NCBI GenBank assembly: GCA_015233675.1
Contig: JADFXH010000003.1
Span: forward strand, 153,279-217,278
DNA from: Candidatus Omnitrophota bacterium
GTDB taxonomy: Bacteria; Omnitrophota; Gorgyraeia; Zapsychrales; Fredricksoniimonadaceae
Reading direction: 5' to 3'
Length of the DNA stretch: 64,000 nt
Position numbers and translations under genes: made by a program. The notes below the pieces were generated by a model that worked only from the letters and a program-made list of their open reading frames with translations, ran no database searches and was not told where the DNA came from. This document shows positions 47,550 through 55,349 of this stretch, one piece after another (position 1 is the stretch's first letter; each line of letters begins with the position of its first letter).

Positions 47550-48173
47550 ATGAACAGTAAACAGGGGATATTAAATTTTGCGGTCTTGGCTTCCGGGCGT
47601 GGCAGTAATTTGCAGGCGATCATCAAAGCTATTAAGTCCGGGAAAATAAAAGCGTATTTAAAGGTTGTTATTTCCGATAAGAAAGAAGCTTATGCGCTGG
47701 AACATGCTAAGCAGGCAGGGATCCCCGCCCTTTATATCAATCCCAAGGATTTTCATGATCGTGAAGCGTTTGACCGGGCTGTCGTTGAACGCTTGCACGA
47801 GTTCAAAATAGATTTTGTTGTCCTTGCCGGTTACATGCGCCTGCTGGGTAGCTATTTCATCCGTCAATACCCTGATAAAATCCTTAATATCCATCCTTCT
47901 TTGCTTCCTGCGTTTAAAGGTTTGCATGCAATGGAAGATGCCTTTAATTATGGTGTTAAAGTCACGGGCCCGACCGTGCATTTTGTCATAGATGGCATGG
48001 ATGAAGGCCCGATTATTCTGCAGGAACCTGTGACTGTTGGTCCTCATGACACATTTGAGTCTCTTAAAGAGAAGATCCATCAGGCAGAACATCGTATTTA
48101 TCCTGAAGCGATTGACCTTTTTGTCCGTGGCTGTTTAAAAGTTGAGGGCAGGAAGGTCAAACTGTTTAGTTAA
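47550..48173 (+). CDS. purN: phosphoribosylglycinamide formyltransferase
   Basis: FAVLASGRGSNLQAII, VVLAGYMRLL, NIHPSLLPAFKG. Confidence 0.9.
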   Translation: MNSKQGILNFAVLASGRGSNLQAIIKAIKSGKIKAYLKVVISDKKEAYALEHAKQAGIPALYINPKDFHDREAFDRAVVERLHEFKIDFVVLAGYMRLLGSYFIRQYPDKILNIHPSLLPAFKGLHAMEDAFNYGVKVTGPTVHFVIDGMDEGPIILQEPVTVGPHDTFESLKEKIHQAEHRIYPEAIDLFVRGCLKVEGRKVKLFS

Positions 48174-48224
48174 AAATCCGCTCTCTTTGGTATCATTAAA
48201 TAGAAAAAATTCAAACTGTCCATT

Positions 48225-48701
48225 ATGAAGAAACTATTTAAGATACGCGCCGTCACTTTAATTGAGATAATTATCGTGTTTATGATCATAGGCATTCTTA
48301 CGGCTATTGCGTTGCCTATTATGTTCACTTCGGTAGTTCGCTCGGAGTCAGCTGAAGCGGTTTTAAACATAAAAAACTTTAAAGACCTAGTGGAGCTCTG
48401 TGGGGTCAAGAATAATTACGATTTTACTCAATGCTCGAGTATAGTTAGTTCATCTAATAATTCTTCAGCACATTTTACATATCAACTTACTCTTGGGAGT
48501 CAGCATCAGTTTATATTGACTGCAGTGCTGAGCCCTTCTGATAACAATGCGAACTCTTCACCGCAGTGTTTTGGGGGCGGCGTAGGCATAGGTGCCGGCA
48601 GTAGCAGCAGCTCGATTTCGTTATGCCGCGGCTGGATAATAGATCCTTCTAAGCCGACATTCGTTATAACCGGTGAAGGGGTTTTTAATGGAGTGTTGTA
48701 G
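48225..48701 (+). CDS. type IV pilin-like protein with atypical leader junction (A|VTLIE)
   Basis: MKKLFKIRAVTLIEIIIVFMIIGILTAIALP is a class III signal-like sequence with Glu at +5, but Ala at -1 and Val at +1. Confidence 0.6.
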   Translation: MKKLFKIRAVTLIEIIIVFMIIGILTAIALPIMFTSVVRSESAEAVLNIKNFKDLVELCGVKNNYDFTQCSSIVSSSNNSSAHFTYQLTLGSQHQFILTAVLSPSDNNANSSPQCFGGGVGIGAGSSSSSISLCRGWIIDPSKPTFVITGEGVFNGVL

Positions 48702-48766
48702 TGAATAATAGTGCTTACTAATAATATGGGGGAAAACCGCATTGGTATTTTGCGGCTGATCATAAA

Positions 48767-49042
48767 CTAAATACCCTTGTAAACATCTCCTCTTGAAGCT
48801 ATCTTCACAATAAGTACAACTATCTCTTTTTTAAATACTTCGTAAATGACCCTGAATTCTCCAATACGATACCGGTATAACAATTCCTGTGGGCGCGTTT
48901 TTAATCGTTTAATATTGGGGCCGTAATAGGGATCCTTCTCCAGCTCTTCAAAGCAATCATCAAGGCGCTTGGCAAAATCTTTTGAGCAAGCCGCATAGAA
49001 CTTCTTTGCCTTGGAAGATAATTCGACCTTAAATTTAGCCAC
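48767..49042 (-). CDS. RelE/ParE-family toxin
   Basis: 91 aa. LLYRYRIGEFRVIYEVFKKEIVVLIVKIASRGDVY is the typical RelE/ParE C-terminal pattern. Confidence 0.8.
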   Translation of the reverse strand: MAKFKVELSSKAKKFYAACSKDFAKRLDDCFEELEKDPYYGPNIKRLKTRPQELLYRYRIGEFRVIYEVFKKEIVVLIVKIASRGDVYKGI

Positions 49043-49277
49043 GTTTTACAGATCTCCAGGAAACGCTCTTACCGGTCTTAAATTCTTTTCGGGCAGTATT
49101 AATATCATTCCAATCTTCAGAAGACAACGTTTCGTCCACTCTCTCTTTAAGAAGTTCTCGAACAAAAGCTGACATGGATTTATACTCATCAGCGCAAACT
49201 TTCTTAACGCGACGATAAAGCGGTTCCGGAATCCGAACCAATAATTCTTTTGACATTGTAACAGGCATAAGTGACAC
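49035..49277 (-). CDS. ribbon-helix-helix (CopG-like) antitoxin
   Basis: LLVRIPEPLYRRVKKVCADEYKSMSAFVRELLKERV. It overlaps the toxin start by 8 nt. Confidence 0.75.
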   Translation of the reverse strand: MSLMPVTMSKELLVRIPEPLYRRVKKVCADEYKSMSAFVRELLKERVDETLSSEDWNDINTARKEFKTGKSVSWRSVKRG

Positions 49278-49321
49278 CTCCTGCTAAAAGTATATCACTC
49301 TGATATACTTTTGCAAGGAGG
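49277..49321. promoter_or_regulatory. 45-bp near-perfect palindrome, probable autoregulatory operator of the toxin-antitoxin pair
   Basis: CCTCCTGCTAAAAGTATATC-ACTCT-GATATACTTTTGCAAGGAGG. It abuts the antitoxin start. Confidence 0.6.
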
Positions 49322-49385
49322 AACACACTTGCACGACATAAATTGGCAATATTTAGACCTACCAGGTATACTTTCACTATAAACG

Positions 49386-52300
49386 ATGAAAAAACTAATC
49401 TCTGCCTTTATTCTCTTGTGTTTTATTGCCACAGGCATAATAGGCCCTTGCCCTGTTTATGCCCAGGACTTTATTTTGCCTGTTCCCGGCCAAATGGTAG
49501 CTTTAAGTCCTGCTTTCAGCCCCGCGGTGCTTAAAGGCATTAAATTGGATCCTAAGAATCCTTTCCGGTTTCATTTCTTCGTTGAAAGCGGGGACAGTAA
49601 ATTAAAACGAGAGGATCTTAAAAACGAGTCCTCGAAACTGATCAAATATTTTCTGGCCTCTTTGACCATTCCTGAGAAAGACCTGTGGGTCAACCTCAGT
49701 CCTTATGAAAAAGACCGCATAGTCCCGCAAGAATTCGGCCAAACAGAAATGGGCCGTGACCTTCTGGCAGAAGATTATCTCTTAAAGCAAATCACCGCTT
49801 CATTGATCTATCCCGAAAGCCATTTGGGCAAAGAATTTTGGCAGAAGGTTTATGGCCAGGCTCAATCCAAATACGGGACAACCAATATACCAATTAATAC
49901 ATTCAATAAAGTCTGGATAGTTCCGGAAAAGGCAGTTGTTTATGAAAACGGGGGAGTGGCATTTGTATTGGAAAACCATTTGAAGGTGATGTTGGAGCAA
50001 GATTATTTGTCATTATCAAAACACCAAGGCCAAGCAGGGGCGCCAAGGAGACATGTCCCCGAAGGGGGCGTGTCCCCAAGCAGGTTGCCAAGCGACTTAG
50101 GGTCAAATGTGAAAGCGCCCCAGGGAACAAAGCATTTGCCAATCAACACATTAACCAGCCAGATCATCAAAGAAATTGTCATCCCCGCCCTCACCAAAGA
50201 AGTCAACGAAGGCAAGAACTTTGCCCAACTGCGTCAGGTCTTTTATTCCCTCATCCTTGCTACATGGTATAAAAAGAAGATCAAGGACAGCCTTCTCAAT
50301 AAAGTTTATTCCAATCAAAATAAAATTATGGGCCTTTCGCCAAGCCGACTGCCAAGCAAGGCAGGGTTGAATGCGAAAGCGACCCAGCGGAACGAACCTA
50401 CCGACATTGAAGCCATATATCAACAATACCTCAAAGCCTTTAAAAAAGGTGTTTACAGCTACATCAAAGAAGAACCGGATTCATTAACCAATCAAACAAT
50501 TCCAAGGAAATATTTTTCAGGTGGGGTAGTGGGTTCTGAAGTGTCCCGAGCCATCATTTATAAAGATCGTGCACAGATTACTTATTCCGACATTGTTCTT
50601 TTAAACAGATCGAATTTATTAGATATTACTGCAGACGCCGGATTAATAAATCCGCAGCGTATTTCGAAATCAGATGAGGCGATGAATGCTCGGGAAGAAG
50701 CCAAAAATGCTGTCTTATATAATTTAAATCAACGTATCGAAAAATCAGAATTTATTCAAGAGAGGCTAGCGCTTACGAAAACAAGGCGATCTTTTTTGGA
50801 CCTTTTTAATGATCATGCCTATTCTGATTTAACTATTAGATTAATAGCAATGTTTATACATGTCCCTGGGATCGAAGGGATAATCTCAAGATTAAAAACA
50901 CAAAACGGAGGCAATCGACTAGGGGTTTTTGAGGAATTGTTTCATGCTTCATTGCTTGTCAATGAGGGTTTTGAAATAACAGGATTTGATCTAACTATAA
51001 AAAGCATTTCACAAGATGTTTTATTACAAACAGATTTATTGGCTAAAAAAGATCAGGAATATTATTTTGTTGAGGTAAAACACTCAAATTCCAGTAAAGA
51101 ACCTGATGACTTGGCAAGTTATTTTAGAAAGACCTCTCAAAAAAATAATAAGTTTGAAAACTATGGGGGTTTCTTTGAGGATTTGAAAAAAAGGGGGGAA
51201 CATTCCTTTTATTTCAGTCAATTGAGACAAAAAATTGGAAGAGCAGCTCATGATTTAATAGATAAAATTAAAAATAATCAGAAATATGAACCAAAATTTA
51301 TATTAAGCATTTCTTTAGTTTTTAAGGAAGAGGTTTCTCAACAAGACAGAGATAGATACATGTTCAAACTTGCCCGCTCTCCGATTCTTCATATGGATTG
51401 TTTTAAAGCGGACATGATACCAACTATCATTGTCCGTCCTTTTATCAATGCAGGGTTAGCCGCAAATAATAGAATAATTATTTCAGGAGGATTAGAGGAG
51501 AAGATATTGCGAGCAGACAATGAGATTCAACTCAAAGAGGATTTGGAAAGCATATTAAATAAGAGTTATTTTGTTAAAGCTGTTAAGGTCATTGATGTTT
51601 TCGGAAAAGAGAACGTTGTGGATGTATTGATGTTTCGAATAAACGATTTGGAGAAAGTATTTGGTTCCGATTTCATTAAATTAAGACATATAAGGGAAAT
51701 AACAATTTACTATCTTTTAAAAGATCAGGCCATGGATAGCAATGCTGTAATATCTAAACCGGTGGACAGGGCGATGAATAGCGAGCCTCTGAAAATTAAA
51801 CCGTTAATCGTTTTACCGGTAAAAACTCATGTTCCTCAAGAAATTATAGATTATTTTCAAAATAATTATGATGAGATCAAAGTGTTAGAGGATCTCCAGG
51901 ATGAAAATTTAGATTCTCAAACGCGGGTGTTGTTTAAAAACAAGGCATTTCCCCCGGGGCAAATCCGTGTTTTGTTTCTTAACGCTTTTATGGATTCAAG
52001 ACTTAAGGGGACAAAATACCTCGATGGTGGAGACTGGCGTTATGAATTCAGACGCTCTGAGATTGGCGGGACCCCCGTAAGCAGGGAGCCCGACTCCGGC
52101 GCGGCCATAATGCCGCCGGATGGAGCGATGAATGCAAAAGAAGAATCAAGGATCCAGGACCGCAAAGATAGATATGAAACGGCAGTGGCGATTATGGAGC
52201 ATGGCGGCCCCTTGAACATTCTAGGCGCTTTTCAGGGGATTGTTTCCGATTTAGGCCCTTTACGCAGGCAAGAGCTTTTTCCCATATTATCAGAGAACAA

Positions 52301-54239
52301 GAAGTTGCCAGAATTGCTAGTAAATGAAGTAAAGAGATATTACCAAATTGGCGGAAATATGTATGATCTTTATAAGAAGTCGCTGCCAGTGACGGACCTT
52401 GAAGGATCTGAAAAAATATTTAATGATTGGCTTGCGTCACTCCAGGAAATTTTAATAAAACACTGTTCTGAATTGAAAAGGCCGGGTTTTGATGAAGAGA
52501 TCGACAGGCTGGTCAGCGATCCCGAAGAGTCTAAAGCTATGAAGCACTTCAGGAGTGATGCGCTTTCCAGTATCGAGAGATGGGTCTTTAATTTCGAAGC
52601 GATACGGGCACTTTGGAATAGAAACAGGCCGAAACAGCATATCCGGCTTGACACATGGCTTAAACGCAACTGGGAGACTAAACAAAAAAAGCATGAAGTT
52701 GTTTCTCATCCTCCTGTTGGAAATTTGCCTGAGGTCCTGATCCATGAGGCAGCTCTTCATTTAGTCCTTGAGAGGATCATTTCAAACGGATTCAAGGAAA
52801 TCGAAAATCAAGAGGCTTCTCCTGGGGAAGGGTTGGAGAAGGTGGATATTTATCCTGAAGCCTTCAAAAGTCAAGACGGCAGGGACTGGATACGTGTCAA
52901 TATCATAAGCCCCGGGAAGATACCCGAAGAGGCCCTTATAATGGATGAATCGCGCAAACGGCAAAAAATCTTTGCTCTGGATCCAAATCGCCCGTATTTT
53001 AGTCATGGTGTAGCCATGCCGTTTTCATGGCTTCTGATGGAGAGTCTTGGCGGCACAATATATGCGCAGAACATTAATCAAGAAGGCCGTCCTTATACAA
53101 AAGTTACTGTTGAATTCCCCTCAAGGCCGGCGGATGGGGCGATGAAAGTGCAAAAACAAAATGAGGCCGGTATTGGTTTGAACCCCGCAATGATTACAGT
53201 CGAAGAAGCATTGCAAAAAATAACAGCGATTGTTGAAGAAGAGATAGCCCGGACTAAAAAGGGATATCCGGACATGGCAAAATGGTTTATTCCTTATGCT
53301 AAAGCCGGATACAGTGATGAAGAATTAAGGACGCTGGTTATCAAAGCAAGTAAGCGTAAAAATGGGCGGGAAGGCAACAGGGTGAATACGATTCTAGTTG
53401 ACGATCAAAAAAAAGCAATTCAGGAAGGAGTCCGTCAGGTTGTTAAAAACAATGAAGACCATTTGGTCATTACTAGTTTTGGCCCGGGAGCGATGTTCAA
53501 CGAGCCGCTTAATTGTTTGAGGCTGGCTTTAGGCGAATTAAAATTATTAAAGCATGATATTACTACGATTACTGTCCGCATTTATGATGACGACCCCTAT
53601 ATTTTAACCGCCGCCAGTCAGCGCCATCCGAACCTTGAGGAATCCATCAGGCGGATAGGGGAAGAAAATGGATGGCAGCATAAGCTGAATCTCGAGGTTT
53701 ATTATGGGGAAACAGGTGGGGGAAATAAGAAAATTTGGAAGGCCATGGCTCTGCCTTCAAATATAACCTTATTGCGGCATAATTGGTTTTACTTATATCG
53801 AAACGGGAAGAAAAATTTAGAAGCGCTGACAAGGATCTTAAGAGAAAAAATAGAAGCCGGGGCGTTGATTATCGATGAACGCTTATATACGGAAGGGTTC
53901 TTTCTTAACGAAATCATCCCAAACGCCGCGATGATGACAAGCAAAGAAGCGTTGGAGAAATTAAGACCGATCATCGAACGAGAACCCGGAAGGGATAAAA
54001 ACAAATATCCCAATGTAATGCCGGTGCCTTTAAAAGGGGGTATTGATTTTAACCCTGCTAAGATGGGTATGCAGGTCAAGAAAGAGGGGGCAGATTTTAA
54101 ATTTGATTTTAACGGCACCCAAATCGACGCCGCGCAAGTGACTGGCGCCACGTTTACCATCAAACAAATGACCCCTGTAACCGATCTAATCGCAGTTTTA
54201 GGCATATCAATTTTAAATAAATCCTTGGCTATACAATAA
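49386..54239 (+). CDS. giant secreted modular protein 2 (1617 aa); shared head and tail with 39776-43672
   Basis: Signal peptide MKKLISAFILLCFIATGIIGPCPVYA. The head runs to IPRKYFSGG. Modules include a PD-(D/E)xK-like and a GHKL-ATPase-like segment. The tail starts at GGIDFNPAKMGMQ. Confidence 0.85.
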   Translation: MKKLISAFILLCFIATGIIGPCPVYAQDFILPVPGQMVALSPAFSPAVLKGIKLDPKNPFRFHFFVESGDSKLKREDLKNESSKLIKYFLASLTIPEKDLWVNLSPYEKDRIVPQEFGQTEMGRDLLAEDYLLKQITASLIYPESHLGKEFWQKVYGQAQSKYGTTNIPINTFNKVWIVPEKAVVYENGGVAFVLENHLKVMLEQDYLSLSKHQGQAGAPRRHVPEGGVSPSRLPSDLGSNVKAPQGTKHLPINTLTSQIIKEIVIPALTKEVNEGKNFAQLRQVFYSLILATWYKKKIKDSLLNKVYSNQNKIMGLSPSRLPSKAGLNAKATQRNEPTDIEAIYQQYLKAFKKGVYSYIKEEPDSLTNQTIPRKYFSGGVVGSEVSRAIIYKDRAQITYSDIVLLNRSNLLDITADAGLINPQRISKSDEAMNAREEAKNAVLYNLNQRIEKSEFIQERLALTKTRRSFLDLFNDHAYSDLTIRLIAMFIHVPGIEGIISRLKTQNGGNRLGVFEELFHASLLVNEGFEITGFDLTIKSISQDVLLQTDLLAKKDQEYYFVEVKHSNSSKEPDDLASYFRKTSQKNNKFENYGGFFEDLKKRGEHSFYFSQLRQKIGRAAHDLIDKIKNNQKYEPKFILSISLVFKEEVSQQDRDRYMFKLARSPILHMDCFKADMIPTIIVRPFINAGLAANNRIIISGGLEEKILRADNEIQLKEDLESILNKSYFVKAVKVIDVFGKENVVDVLMFRINDLEKVFGSDFIKLRHIREITIYYLLKDQAMDSNAVISKPVDRAMNSEPLKIKPLIVLPVKTHVPQEIIDYFQNNYDEIKVLEDLQDENLDSQTRVLFKNKAFPPGQIRVLFLNAFMDSRLKGTKYLDGGDWRYEFRRSEIGGTPVSREPDSGAAIMPPDGAMNAKEESRIQDRKDRYETAVAIMEHGGPLNILGAFQGIVSDLGPLRRQELFPILSENKKLPELLVNEVKRYYQIGGNMYDLYKKSLPVTDLEGSEKIFNDWLASLQEILIKHCSELKRPGFDEEIDRLVSDPEESKAMKHFRSDALSSIERWVFNFEAIRALWNRNRPKQHIRLDTWLKRNWETKQKKHEVVSHPPVGNLPEVLIHEAALHLVLERIISNGFKEIENQEASPGEGLEKVDIYPEAFKSQDGRDWIRVNIISPGKIPEEALIMDESRKRQKIFALDPNRPYFSHGVAMPFSWLLMESLGGTIYAQNINQEGRPYTKVTVEFPSRPADGAMKVQKQNEAGIGLNPAMITVEEALQKITAIVEEEIARTKKGYPDMAKWFIPYAKAGYSDEELRTLVIKASKRKNGREGNRVNTILVDDQKKAIQEGVRQVVKNNEDHLVITSFGPGAMFNEPLNCLRLALGELKLLKHDITTITVRIYDDDPYILTAASQRHPNLEESIRRIGEENGWQHKLNLEVYYGETGGGNKKIWKAMALPSNITLLRHNWFYLYRNGKKNLEALTRILREKIEAGALIIDERLYTEGFFLNEIIPNAAMMTSKEALEKLRPIIEREPGRDKNKYPNVMPVPLKGGIDFNPAKMGMQVKKEGADFKFDFNGTQIDAAQVTGATFTIKQMTPVTDLIAVLGISILNKSLAIQ

Positions 54240-54308
54240 AAATAGCCTACATTTCAATATGTTGACGTATTTGTCCATCTCTGAACACTAAACAATAACC
54301 GCAGGGAT

Positions 54309-55349
54309 TTATTGGTCTTTGAAAGTTGTTTTTCCGTCTTCGAAAATGATGTGGATTAGCTTGCCTTTTGAATTTGCGCCATTGTCTTTCATTTTGTCTT
54401 CGCCAAAGAAAGCCAGCTGCTTGGGGGTTAGGATCATTTTCTTTCTTGCCCTTATATCATTCGTGCGTACCTCTTTAAAATCTTTAAAACGATAATAATG
54501 GTTGGTGTCGGCAATAACGCCCAGGATTGCTTCTTCATAACTCTCCTGGGGCGGGAAATCGCTTTGGGTGAATTTGAAACGGATGCGGTTGATCATTTGC
54601 TTGGTCAGAAAATCCGGCATGAGGATATCAGTATATTCCAGATGCTGGCCGATCTCGTCGCCGATATAATTCGTACTGCCTTTGGATTCCTGCAAGACGC
54701 GTTTACTGAACTCATCATACGGGATGCCCTCTACAGAAGCCATGCGGTAATCTTCCAAATAAAAAGTATAACGGGCCTCGATACCTTTTTTAATATCCGT
54801 GATGCACATCACGACAAAAGAGATGGGCGTATGGGGATCCAGCAGGGTTTCGGTGACAGCGGTAAACAAATTATTATAAAGTTTATTAAAATAATCCGTG
54901 CCTTCGTTACGGATACCTTCGTTTTGCAGGGAAGATTTGGTTTTGGGGATGATATCATATTCAAAATGAAAAATTTTGTCTTTATATGAACCATCTATAT
55001 AGAGCAGATCGTATTTGGCAACTTTTTTGAGAGGGTCAGGCGGGGATGGGCTTTCAGCCGCGAAATCAAAAAGCGGCTTATTGGTCGGCGCATAGATCCA
55101 GAATGTCTTTCCGACGATACGGGTGATTACATTGAGACTATAATCTTTTCGGCACTTTTGCTCGTATTTTTTCTGTAAATCCGTTGGGGCAGTGTGAGAG
55201 ATGGCGATTTTTTTTGACACACAGCCGCCCATAGCTGTGAGCATGCACAAGAGCAAACACAAGGCCAATACAGCTTTAGGAAGCTGCCAAGATCGGGCGT
55301 GAGGTGGGTTTAATGCCGAATTTTTGGAAAATAGCTTCAATTTCATCAT
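54309..55349 (-). CDS. hypothetical lipoprotein downstream of the FtsH-like gene
   Basis: Lipobox LLCMLTAMGGC. The annotated ATG overlaps the FtsH-like 3' end by 74 nt, so the true start is uncertain. Confidence 0.55.
   Translation of the reverse strand: MMKLKLFSKNSALNPPHARSWQLPKAVLALCLLLCMLTAMGGCVSKKIAISHTAPTDLQKKYEQKCRKDYSLNVITRIVGKTFWIYAPTNKPLFDFAAESPSPPDPLKKVAKYDLLYIDGSYKDKIFHFEYDIIPKTKSSLQNEGIRNEGTDYFNKLYNNLFTAVTETLLDPHTPISFVVMCITDIKKGIEARYTFYLEDYRMASVEGIPYDEFSKRVLQESKGSTNYIGDEIGQHLEYTDILMPDFLTKQMINRIRFKFTQSDFPPQESYEEAILGVIADTNHYYRFKDFKEVRTNDIRARKKMILTPKQLAFFGEDKMKDNGANSKGKLIHIIFEDGKTTFKDQ

Noticed and set aside
39668-54275. Shared 12-mer TTCAATATGTTG upstream of giant gene 1 (about 39670) and downstream of giant gene 2 (about 54254), considered as a locus-bounding repeat
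   Set aside because: Identical 12-mer pairs are expected many times by chance in 64 kb. By my rough estimate (window length squared, divided by two, divided by 4^12) the number is on the order of a hundred. The flanking sequence does not extend the match.
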